NCBI GenBank assembly: GCA_963745835.1
Contig: CAVUZH010000022.1
Coordinates: forward strand, 128,001 to 192,000
DNA: 64,000 bases
Reading direction: 5' to 3'
DNA from: an uncultured delta proteobacterium
GTDB taxonomy: Bacteria; Desulfobacterota; Binatia; UBA9968
This document shows, one piece after another, positions 1 through 8,884 of this stretch (its first letter is position 1; each line of letters starts with the position of its first letter). A program made the position numbers and the translations under genes. The notes under the pieces are model-generated. The model did not search any database, was not told the origin of the DNA, and saw only the letters and a list, made by a program, of their open reading frames with translations.

Positions 1-12
1 AATACATCCTGC

Positions 13-42
13 TTGAAAGATGGCGCCGCCTCGTCCTATGCT
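13..42 (+). promoter_or_regulatory. Putative sigma70 promoter, probably for a leaderless transcript of the LLM gene
   Basis: TTGAAA (13-18), 18-nt spacer, TATGCT (37-42); ATG follows 7 nt later at 50 with no SD. Confidence 0.35.
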
Positions 43-49
43 CACGGGC

Positions 50-1048
50 ATGGCGGAGAAAAAAACAACTTTCGGACTCACCTTGTCGAACCGAGCACTG
101 GTTACCAGAGGAACACAACCCAAGGACATGATCGACATGGCGGTGCAGGCCGAGAACAGCGGCGCGATCGATGCTATCTGGGTCGGCGACAGCATTCTTA
201 GCAAGCCTCGTTTGGAATGCATTCCACTGCTAGGCGCGATAGCCGCGCGGACTTCAACTGTTAAACTTGGCGTAGCGTGCATGGCCACCATCGCGCAGCG
301 TAATCCCGTGCTGCTTGCGTTGCAGTGGGCGAGCCTGGATGTCTTATCGGGCGGGCGCACATGGCTCGCCGCCTGCATGGGATACCCGGCGAGTCAGCAC
401 CCGATGGCGGCCAAGGAACTTGAGGTAATGGGCGTCGAGAGCAAGGAGCGGCCGGCGCGATTGGAAGAAATGATCCAAGCCCTGCGAGTGCTCTGGTCGG
501 ACGAACATGCCAGCTTCAAGGGTAAGTACTATTCGTTCCAAGATGTAAATCTCCTGCCCAAACCGGCGCAACAGCCTTGCCCGATCTACATCGCCGGCAC
601 ACCGCGATCCAATCAGATCGGCGATAGTGGACGTGGAGCGTTCGTTGCGGAGAATCGCCCGATTCGCCGACGGCTGGATGACCAATCAGATCGAGCTCGA
701 AAGGTTTAGAGATTACGTCGGGCGATTGCGTAGTATGTTGTTGGAAGAGGGACGCGACCCGAATGGCTTCAAGACCGTTTTATATTACGGCATCTCGGTC
801 AATGCCGACTGCGATCAGGCGTTTCGCGAAGCAAAAACTTTTCTCGATGCCTATTATCAAAAAGACTTTTCGCGCCAGGGCGTTGAAATTTGGAACGCCT
901 GCGGGCCTGTGAGACCACTGCGTTAAATGTGTAGAGTGGATTTATCGAGGCAGGAGTCGACCACGTCACCATTCGCCCGATCGGTAACGATTTAAGTGAG
1001 CAGCTTCGTATCTACTTGGAAGAGGTTCTTCCGGCCTTACATTCGTAA
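50..1048 (+). pseudogene. LLM-class (luciferase-like) flavin-dependent oxidoreductase interrupted by three +1 frameshifts (pseudogene or assembly error)
   Basis: Motifs AIWVGDS, LDVLSGGR, FKGKYY, PIYIAG; continues in ORF 627-926 (RRIARFADGW) and then ...DHCVKC / SGFIEAGVDHVTIRPIG...EEVLPALHS* ending at 1048; shifts near 631, 912 and 933. Confidence 0.8.
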
Positions 1049-1096
1049 GCTTGCCAACAATCAAATACCAATTTTGCCGGCAAAGAATTCCTGGAG

Positions 1097-2659
1097 CTAC
1101 AAATTCCTTGGTAGTGAAGAATCAATTGGAGGGCTCCGTCTTAGCGTCACCCCATTCAAAATCCCGACCGGCAACACGATGGTGAACGTTGTGCCTTTGC
1201 CGATTTCGCTCCGGTATGTGATCGTTCCCTTATGATCGCTAATGATCTGCTGCACAATCGGAAGCCCCAAACCCGTGCCCTCGGGTTTGGTGGTTCTAAA
1301 TAACTGGAAGACATCAACGCCATGGGCTATTCCCTCACCCGTGTCCGTCACTTCCAGAATAACCCCTCCCTCTGAAGCAGTGGCCTTGACGATTAACCTT
1401 CCGCCGTTGGGCATCGCTTCGACGGCGTTCTTGCAGAGGTTCAAAATCACCTGCTTTATTTTTTCGCGATCGACAACCATGCCTGGAACGTTTTCCAACT
1501 GAGTTTGGAGGGCGATTTTTGTCGCCCTATACATAGGCAATTGGGCGCTCAGCACCTCCTCGATAATCTGCGTCAAATCAGCCGGGCGCAGGTTGAGCCT
1601 CTGAGGTCGCGCAAACGTTCGATAGTCGGAAAGCAAGGTTGCCAAGCGCTGGACTTCTTGAAATGCGATCTCCAGCGTTTCCTGCAAAGCCGGATCGATC
1701 TTGTGAGCCGTTTCGAGAATCGATTTGACGATTTGTAAGGAAGTGGAAATGCCATTGAGCGGATTACCGATCTCATGGGCAAATACCGCGGCGGTTGTGC
1801 CCAACGTGGCGAGTCGCTCTTTCTCCTGAAGCAATCTCTCCGCCTGCTTGCGTTCCGTGATGTCGCGAATTGCCGCGCTCATCAAAACTTCCCGCCCCGT
1901 TGCAATCGGGCTTAAGCTGATTTCAACCGGGAACTCGCTGCCGTCGCGGCGAACGGCAAATAACTCCATGCCCGTTCCCATCGGCCGAACGTGCGGATTT
2001 TTTGCAAACAAGCCGCGGTGATCCTGATGTCGCTCACGGAATCGTGCGGGAACAAGCCGTTCCACAGGCTTTCCCAGAAGTTGTTTTCGATCATAACCGA
2101 ACAGTCTTTCTGTTTGTGAATTTATCAAGGTAATCATTCCTTGCGCATCGACGATCACCATAGCGTCAGGCGCCGACTCGAGTAAGGAACGGAAAAGCGT
2201 CTCGGTTTCTCTTAATTTCTGCGCGGCAAGTTCGCGCTCGGCGATTTGTTGTTGCAGTTCCTGATTGACCATTTCGAGCGAGCGCGGGCTAGGAAGCGCC
2301 AGCGCCTGCGGAATCAAAGGCCAAAGGGTCGCGGCAGTTGCCACCGAAAGACCGGCGGTGATCGCCTTGATACTTCCGTCCAACCAATAAACCGGTTCCC
2401 AGAGCTTCCATATTCCCATCAGGTGTGTGGTGCCGCATGCAAAGATGAACGCGCTGAACATCAGAAACATCCAGTTAAACGCAAGATCTCGTCGCTTACG
2501 CACGAAGATAACCAGAGCGACAGGTATTAGGTAGTAAGAAATTGCGATCAAAGAATCCGACGCTATATACAACCAGAGGAGCGGTCTCTGCCAGAGAAAA
2601 CAGTGGCCGTGCGGCTCGAAGCCCTCGGATGTAAAAAAGTTGCTCAAAGTTTCGAACAT
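1097..2659 (-). CDS. Sensor histidine kinase with N-terminal ETR1-like ethylene-binding 3-TM domain, PAS/PAC, HisKA and HATPase
   Basis: SDSLIAISYYLIP...FIFACGTTH...IKAITA; PAS (LLESAPDAMVIVD, RRDGSEFPVEISLS); H-box FAHEIGNPL; N box NLCKNAVEA; G boxes DTGEGI and GTGLGL. Confidence 0.92.
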   Translation of the reverse strand: MFETLSNFFTSEGFEPHGHCFLWQRPLLWLYIASDSLIAISYYLIPVALVIFVRKRRDLAFNWMFLMFSAFIFACGTTHLMGIWKLWEPVYWLDGSIKAITAGLSVATAATLWPLIPQALALPSPRSLEMVNQELQQQIAERELAAQKLRETETLFRSLLESAPDAMVIVDAQGMITLINSQTERLFGYDRKQLLGKPVERLVPARFRERHQDHRGLFAKNPHVRPMGTGMELFAVRRDGSEFPVEISLSPIATGREVLMSAAIRDITERKQAERLLQEKERLATLGTTAAVFAHEIGNPLNGISTSLQIVKSILETAHKIDPALQETLEIAFQEVQRLATLLSDYRTFARPQRLNLRPADLTQIIEEVLSAQLPMYRATKIALQTQLENVPGMVVDREKIKQVILNLCKNAVEAMPNGGRLIVKATASEGGVILEVTDTGEGIAHGVDVFQLFRTTKPEGTGLGLPIVQQIISDHKGTITYRSEIGKGTTFTIVLPVGILNGVTLRRSPPIDSSLPRNL

Positions 2660-2720
2660 AGTGATTTCCCTGCACGCCGCCAGCCGCGCGAACTGACACG
2701 GCTATCAACGGAGTGTCGCG

Positions 2721-3077
2721 TTAGTGCGTAAACTGAATTGTATCAAGCAGATCGCGCAAAGAGATCGGCTTTTCGAAGTAAAGCGCGCCTACCGCTGCGG
2801 CTTCTGCTTGAGCTTGCTCGGAGCCGAACGCAGTAATGAGAATGAGACGTTTTCCCGAACCCCTACAACTTTGATACTTTAGGACGTCTAGGCCGTTCAC
2901 CTTTCCCGGCAGACGAAAGTCAGAGATGACGATCTCAAAATCGACCCGAGAAATAAGCTCTAACGCAGCCTCGCCATTGTCGGTCTGGTGAACCGTGAAT
3001 TCGGCTTGCTGAAGAAACATTGCCAAGTTCCGGCGGGACAAAGGGTTGTCTTCAACCAGAAGCAGATTACACGACAT
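2721..3077 (-). CDS. Single-domain response regulator (CheY-like receiver)
   Basis: LLVED, ISDFRLPG, ILITA and EKP motifs; directly upstream of the kinase on the same strand. Confidence 0.9.
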   Translation of the reverse strand: MSCNLLLVEDNPLSRRNLAMFLQQAEFTVHQTDNGEAALELISRVDFEIVISDFRLPGKVNGLDVLKYQSCRGSGKRLILITAFGSEQAQAEAAAVGALYFEKPISLRDLLDTIQFTH

Positions 3078-3392
3078 GCCGGGACAAATTAAACCAAGAT
3101 TGTATTTTAAGCAACAAAAACTTCAGCTTAAGGCGGCAAATTGCGCTTTAGAAACAGCTTCTGTGAAGCTCTTTAGCGCTGCCAAACAGCGCCGCCGTAG
3201 CAAATTGATACAAAATATTTCGATCGATGAAGCTGCTGCATGTAAGCGAGCAGCTTAGGCAGTTTTTCTAGTTTCGCGGAGGCACTATAAAGCTATTGAG
3301 ACCGCGTTTGCATGCTTTTTGTTACTTAGCAGACAAGTCCCTCTTGACCGTTGAGCCCCGATATTTGAGCTCAGAGATCTCTGCCCAGCCGG

Positions 3393-3953
3393 TTACGGCG
3401 TCGCACGCACCGCGGGCCGCTCGAGCAAACGCTCCATCCAAGCTTTGACGTGCGGCAAGTCATCACCAATGCTCACCTGATAACGCTCGCGTCTGACGAA
3501 GAAAGGAATGTAAGTGATATCCGCGAGAGAGTATCCATCGGCTATGTACTCTCGCCCTTGCATTTGTCGATTGAGATTCTCGAGATACGTTCGAAGCTCC
3601 GTTCCGGACTCTTCGACTTTGTAGTTGTGGGCGATATAACCGGCGGCGCGCTGCACGCGGGTGTTGCAGTAGTCGATCCAAATTCTTATGCGCGCCCGGG
3701 CCAGTGGGTCTTTGGGCATCAACGGCGCTTCCGGATACTGTTCTTCCAGGTACTCGTCGATAATCGCGGACTCGTAAACAACCGCATCACCATCGACCAG
3801 AACCGGAACTTTGCCGTAAGGATTTAACTCGAGAAGATCTTTGGGCTTGTTGCCGAGGTCGCATTCGATCAGATCATAGGGAATCTTTTTTTCCGCCAGG
3901 ACAAGCCTTGTCCTGTGAGCGTAGGGTCAGGGGCCGTAAGAAAAGAGCTTCAT
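3393..3953 (-). CDS. Glutathione S-transferase family protein (omega/SspA-like), probable selenoprotein with UGA=Sec at codon 9; 186 aa
   Basis: SD GGAGGT, then ATG at 3953: MKLFSYGP-TGA-PYAHRTRLVLAEKKIPYDLIECDLGNKPKDLLELNPYGKVPVLVDGDAVVYESAIIDEYLEEQYP..., in frame with ORF 3393-3722 (GST C-domain, YSLADITYIPF). Confidence 0.88.
3894..3921 (-). promoter_or_regulatory. Putative bacterial SECIS stem-loop
   Basis: mRNA after UGA (3927-3929): CGC-(UCA bulge)-CAGGACA-[AGGCU]-UGUCCUG-GCG; loop begins 18 nt after UGA and has G at its second position. Confidence 0.75.
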
Positions 3954-4211
3954 GACGTCACCTCCATCTGATGGCCTTGTACCACCTGAGAGCCGCGGCG
4001 GCAACAATGCTGATTGATCGAAAGAATTTTTTTACTCCTCAACGTAGAGCGACTTCTTCTCTCAAATTAATTTTAGCGCCGCATCTTAGCAATTGATGCG
4101 CGGGCAGATGGTTGACACCCGCCTACGCTATGCGATAAGCGGCCATATAAACCTTTACTGGAATAACGTTTTCACTCTGCATGACGCCGGCAGTTAGCTG
4201 GAGGAGGCCGC

Positions 4212-5141
4212 ATGATTATCGATACGCACTTTCATGCCTTTCCAAAGAAATTTCTCGAGCTCGTGCCCGAGCAATCACAAAGCGACGTTCGCGGCGTGGG
4301 ATTCCACGGCTTTGACCATCAGGAATACCTCGATGTGATGGATCAACACGGCATCGATGTCGGCGTGCTCTCCAATACCGGCGGGCGAATCGAACAGGGC
4401 GGCGACCGGCGCAAGGCGCTGGAGCTGTGCACCATCATCAACGACACATTTGCCGAAGCCCACGCAAAGCACCCGCGCCGCTTCAAAGCGTTCGCCCGTT
4501 TGCCGATGGTCAACCTTGATGATTGTGTCCGGGAGCTCGAGCGGTGTTACCGTGATCTCAACATGCATGGCGTGATCCTGTCGACCAATCTGGCCGGAAG
4601 ATACCTCGACGAGCCGGAATTCAAACCCTTCTGGGACGCGCTCGAGTCAGGTGGAAAACCGCTGTTTCTTCATCCGGCCAATGCGCCATGCCAAGCCAAT
4701 TGGAACAAATATTCGCTGCACCAGAAGCTCCTCTGGCCCACCGACAGCTCTCTGGCGATATCGCGCATCGTTTATAGCGGCGTATTCGATCACTATCCGG
4801 CCATCAAACTCATTGCCTCGCATCTCGGCGGCATGCTTCTGCTTTACCTCGACCGGCTCAACTGGCACGAGGGAAATGTAGAGTGCCGGCGAGAGCCGGA
4901 GGAATACTTTAAAAAGATGTACTACGATACCGCCGGTCCGATCCGCGCCGAATTCATCAAGCTCGTCTACGACACCGTCGGTCCCGATCAGATCCTGTTC
5001 GGCGCCGATTATCCGCACGGCAGAGGCGGCCGCGACGATCAGTTCTATCCGATGACTTTAGCGGCGATGTCGAAGCTCGATATTCCAGACAGTGATAAAC
5101 AGAAGGTTTATTATCTAAACGCGCAGAAACTCGGATTCTGA
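4212..5141 (+). CDS. Amidohydrolase family 2 protein (ACMSD/LigW-like decarboxylase or hydrolase)
   Basis: IIDTHFH, LFLHP, SHLGG, YYDTA and ILFGADYPH motifs; SD GGAGGAGG. Confidence 0.9.
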   Translation: MIIDTHFHAFPKKFLELVPEQSQSDVRGVGFHGFDHQEYLDVMDQHGIDVGVLSNTGGRIEQGGDRRKALELCTIINDTFAEAHAKHPRRFKAFARLPMVNLDDCVRELERCYRDLNMHGVILSTNLAGRYLDEPEFKPFWDALESGGKPLFLHPANAPCQANWNKYSLHQKLLWPTDSSLAISRIVYSGVFDHYPAIKLIASHLGGMLLLYLDRLNWHEGNVECRREPEEYFKKMYYDTAGPIRAEFIKLVYDTVGPDQILFGADYPHGRGGRDDQFYPMTLAAMSKLDIPDSDKQKVYYLNAQKLGF

Positions 5142-5267
5142 CGGGCCGCTGAAAAAGACCCATATGCTTCGTTGCACTCGGTCGGCTCCGCTCCAACGTA
5201 CTACAACGTACGTCTTCGCTCGTCGATCTTCGTACGCCTCGCATCTGGATCTTTTTGAGCAGCCTGT
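5141..5267. mobile_element. MITE/REP-like element of about 127 bp with imperfect terminal inverted repeats
   Basis: Left end ACGGGCCGCTGAAAAAGACCCATATGC versus reverse complement of right end ACAGGCTGCTCAAAAAGATCCAGATGC (22/27 match); no coding capacity. Confidence 0.65.
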
Positions 5268-5307
5268 AGGAGATATTTCCACCAGTCGCTGAATTAAGGA
5301 GGAATCT

Positions 5308-5664
5308 ATGAGCAATCGATTGGAGCACGTTGCCATCTATTGCAAAGATATCAATGAATCGATCGAGTTTTATCGAGCCCACTTCGGCGGTCAGCCCACC
5401 GCTATCAGAAAAGGCGCCGCGGGCTACTCGTTCTGTTTTGTGACTATCGATGGCACGCCGTCGATACAGCTAATGGAATCGTCCGACAAAACCGGCGTAC
5501 ACCACTACGGTTTCATCAGCGATGATATCGAGCAGGCGGCAAAAGAATTCAAAGCAAAGAACGCGCGAATCCTGCGCGAAAATCGTGATCAGTCAGGCAA
5601 ACTCACAACTATCTTTGTACAGGATCCGCACGGGCTAGAGATGGAGATCCGCTCGGCCCGTTAG
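5308..5664 (+). CDS. VOC/glyoxalase family protein
   Basis: LEHVAIYCKDINESIEFY, HHYGF and FVQDPHGLEMEI metal-ligand motifs; SD AAGGAGG. Confidence 0.9.
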   Translation: MSNRLEHVAIYCKDINESIEFYRAHFGGQPTAIRKGAAGYSFCFVTIDGTPSIQLMESSDKTGVHHYGFISDDIEQAAKEFKAKNARILRENRDQSGKLTTIFVQDPHGLEMEIRSAR

Positions 5665-5803
5665 CCAGGGGGGGATCCAGAGAGTCTTTTTGGAAACTCT
5701 CCGATTGCTTTCATGTCGGAACCCAGAGCTACTCAGTTGACATCGTCTGACCTGGGTACGTAGCTTCTCGCAAGGCCGTTCCACCAGCCCTTGAGGAGGA
5801 ACA

Positions 5804-6826
5804 ATGTTTACCGCTCGTTACCAACGCAGCGCCGGCATCATCTTCTTTGCTGTGATCTGGGTGGCGATTGCCGCTGAAGCCGCGCGAGGCCAGGCAAAAC
5901 AGGACGACATCGCCATCGGCTATGCATCCCCGAGCGGCGTCATGACGCCGCTGTACGTCGCGCAGGAACAGGGCTTGTTCAAAAAACACGGCCTGGGAGT
6001 AAAGGAGTTGCTTCTGCTCCGTGGTACCGGGCCAGCCGCGGCGCAGATGCTGGTCGCGGGTACGGCGCCGATCGCCGCCCTCGGCGGCGCTCTCGTGGAA
6101 GGCGCGATTCGCGGCGCCGGCATCGCCTACATCGCCAGCACATCCAATCACCTGATCTTTTCGATCTATTCACGTTCGGAAATCGCCCGTCCGGAAGATC
6201 TCAAAGGAAAAACCGTCGCAGTCGATGCCAAGGGCGGCTCCATCGAACTGGCCACGATCATCGCCCTGAAACAGTTCGGTCTGACTCTCGGCAAAGACGT
6301 GAGCTCGGTTTATCTCGGCGGACCCGTGCCGCAACTAGGCGCTCTGGAAAAAGGCATCGTCGATGCGACGACGTTGTCGGCGCCGACAACCTTGCGCGCC
6401 AGAAAGATGGGCTATAAAGAGTTGATCAACATCGGCGCGCTCAAGCTCAGCTATGTTCACACCGCTATCGGGGTAAACCGCGCCTTCGCCAAGAATAATC
6501 CAGAAAGTGTCGAGGCCTTTCTCAAAGCTTATATCGAAGCGATGAAAATGACCCGAGAACAACCGGATGTCGGAATGAAGGCGATCGCCAAGTACACTCA
6601 GATCGCCGACCCCGAGGCGCTCAAGGCCACTTACGAGACCTTTCTACCCGCATTTCAACAACGCGTGCCTTATGTTTCGCGCGACTCGGTTCAGGGCGTG
6701 CTGAACTTCTCTAGTTCAGCGGAGGCTAACGCTCAACGCGCCGACGATTTTATCGACCATTCTTTGTTAAAGAAGATCGAAGCATCATCTTTTGTTAACA
6801 AACTTTATGGCGACGGCAACCCGTAA
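5804..6826 (+). CDS. ABC transporter substrate-binding protein, NMT1/THI5/SsuA-like
   Basis: Signal peptide; PLYVAQEQGLFKKHGL, DLKGKTVAV, FAKNNPESVEAFLKA. Confidence 0.88.
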   Translation: MFTARYQRSAGIIFFAVIWVAIAAEAARGQAKQDDIAIGYASPSGVMTPLYVAQEQGLFKKHGLGVKELLLLRGTGPAAAQMLVAGTAPIAALGGALVEGAIRGAGIAYIASTSNHLIFSIYSRSEIARPEDLKGKTVAVDAKGGSIELATIIALKQFGLTLGKDVSSVYLGGPVPQLGALEKGIVDATTLSAPTTLRARKMGYKELINIGALKLSYVHTAIGVNRAFAKNNPESVEAFLKAYIEAMKMTREQPDVGMKAIAKYTQIADPEALKATYETFLPAFQQRVPYVSRDSVQGVLNFSSSAEANAQRADDFIDHSLLKKIEASSFVNKLYGDGNP

Positions 6827-6936
6827 TGAATTCAGGTGCAGCCGCTAACGACCGCTCCAATGAGATAGAATCCGAGAAGCTGGCGGCTACAGAACCCGCT
6901 CTCAGTCTGAGATTTCGAAGGCAGCGAGGATAACCA

Positions 6937-8325
6937 ATGCCGAGAGATATGCGCAGTTGGATTATGCAGTTGGAAGAAGCGGGCGAGCTCATCCGTATCG
7001 CCAAGCCTGTGCATCCGCACACGCAAATGGGCGCGCTGTTATATCAGTCGCGTGAAAGAGGGTTGCTGTTCGAAAACGTCGACGGCTTTCCGGGATGGCG
7101 CAGCCTGGGCATGGCCCCCGCCAACTTGCGCCACGCGGCGATTGCCTTCGATACCAGCATTGAAAAATTAATTCCCACCGCCGCCGAAAGAACTCTCAAA
7201 CGACGCCCCGTCGAGCTGGTCTCAACCGGTCCTGTCAAGGAAGTCATCCTGAAGGGCGATCAAGTCGATCTGACGAAGTTGCCGGCGCATGTAGCAGGCA
7301 GTGAAGAGACTCCCTACATCGCATCCGGATTGATGGTTGCGCGGGATCCGGACAGCGGCATCCGCAACGTCGCGTTCCACCGGTTGCAGATCAAAGGGCC
7401 GAGAAAAACCGGAGCTTTGATCGTACCGCGGCACACCCGCGAGATTCTCAACAAGCACGAGGCGCGCAATCAGCCGATGCCCGTTTCTATTTTTATCGGC
7501 CATCATCCGCTTTACTACATGGCGGCGGCGAGCACCGGCGCGTTCGAAATGGATGAGCTGGAATTGGCCGGCGGCTTGATCGGCGAATCCGCCAGGGTGG
7601 TGAAATGCGAGACCAACGATCTCGAAGTGCCGTTCGACGCGGAGATCGTTCTTGAAGGACGCATTTTGCCAAACGTGCGCGAAGACGAGGGGCCTTTCTC
7701 CGAATTCCATGATTATTACGTCGCCGGCATGGGCAAAAATCCGGTGATCGAAATCGATTGCATCACCAGACGCCACGATGCAATCTTCAAAGCGATCCAG
7801 AATGGCTCGGAGGTCGAAGGCTGCATCTTTCACAAAGTTCCTTTCGGCGTCGCGGTCTACAATCACATCAAAAACATCGGCGGCTATGTCAATTTGCACA
7901 ATCTTCTGGTGCTACCCGGCTTGTTCGGCATCGTCGTGCAAATGACGCCGCGCTTCTACGGCGAGGCGAAGCAAATTTTAATGGGGGTTCTGTCGAGTCC
8001 AATCCTGCACCCGAAGGTGGCCATCGCGGTCGATGAAGACGTCAATATTTTCAATTACTGGGAAGTTCTCTGGGCGGTCAATACGCGCTGCAACCCGCAA
8101 GACGACATCATCGTCATTCCCGGAACTCGCATTCACCCGATGGATCCGACCGGTGTCGAGCCCGTGCCGCCGGGAGGACCTTACTGGCACCGGGTCGGCG
8201 GCAAAGTAATCATCGACGCCACCAAGCCGCCGCTTTGCGCCGGCGAACAGGCGCGCCAACCTTTTCAGCGGCTAAAACCCATGGGATGGGAAACAGTTCG
8301 TCTGGAAGATTTCTTGCCCGGATAG
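6937..8325 (+). CDS. UbiD-family prFMN-dependent (de)carboxylase
   Basis: HRLQ, EIVLEG, EGPFSEF, VDEDVN, IIDATKP motifs. Confidence 0.92.
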   Translation: MPRDMRSWIMQLEEAGELIRIAKPVHPHTQMGALLYQSRERGLLFENVDGFPGWRSLGMAPANLRHAAIAFDTSIEKLIPTAAERTLKRRPVELVSTGPVKEVILKGDQVDLTKLPAHVAGSEETPYIASGLMVARDPDSGIRNVAFHRLQIKGPRKTGALIVPRHTREILNKHEARNQPMPVSIFIGHHPLYYMAAASTGAFEMDELELAGGLIGESARVVKCETNDLEVPFDAEIVLEGRILPNVREDEGPFSEFHDYYVAGMGKNPVIEIDCITRRHDAIFKAIQNGSEVEGCIFHKVPFGVAVYNHIKNIGGYVNLHNLLVLPGLFGIVVQMTPRFYGEAKQILMGVLSSPILHPKVAIAVDEDVNIFNYWEVLWAVNTRCNPQDDIIVIPGTRIHPMDPTGVEPVPPGGPYWHRVGGKVIIDATKPPLCAGEQARQPFQRLKPMGWETVRLEDFLPG

Positions 8326-8356
8326 ATACTATGCGGCGATTGTATGCGCGATTGGG

Positions 8357-8746
8357 CTACGTTCTGTCAGCTTCCGAACCTTTTGCGAAACGCGTTGTGT
8401 TGATCACCGCCCGGCCGTGCGTGCCATCGCCGATCTTGACGTTTTGATCGTTGGTCGCCGATACCGTATAACGCAGCTTGTTGCCTTTAACTTCGCGAAG
8501 CTCGGCAGTGACCGTAACGCTCTGGCCGATATTCGTCGGTGCTAGATGCCTGACATCGACGTGAATTCCGACTGTCTGTTCATTTTCTTCCAGGTAAGGC
8601 TCGGTCAATTCAACGCAAGTTCTTTCCATGAGGCCGATCATCGCCGGGGTTGAGAAAACGTCGCGAGGGAGTTGTCGCGCCCGCATCTCCAGCGTTGTTA
8701 AGTAGATTGCTGTACGGGATAGACCCGGGCTCAGTTGGCTTTTCAT
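8357..8746 (-). CDS. Hotdog-fold thioesterase, fluoroacetyl-CoA thioesterase (FlK)-like
   Basis: VFSTPAMIGLME, TVGIHVDVRHLAPT, IGDGTHGRAVI; likely start MKSQLSPG at 8746. Confidence 0.85.
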   Translation of the reverse strand: MKSQLSPGLSRTAIYLTTLEMRARQLPRDVFSTPAMIGLMERTCVELTEPYLEENEQTVGIHVDVRHLAPTNIGQSVTVTAELREVKGNKLRYTVSATNDQNVKIGDGTHGRAVINTTRFAKGSEADRT

Positions 8747-8884
8747 TCCAGCAATATAACATGCGAGCGGCTCACGGGTAGCCATCGGGCACGTCAAGTC
8801 TCTAACCAAGGGGCGCAGGTGTTTGCGCTCCAATTTTTCGGCTCGAGTTTTGCGGCCCTGAGAAAATATTGATAATAACGGGTT

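Noticed and set aside
4112-4140. Perfect TTGACA upstream of the amidohydrolase
   Set aside because: No convincing -10 hexamer at 16-18 nt spacing.
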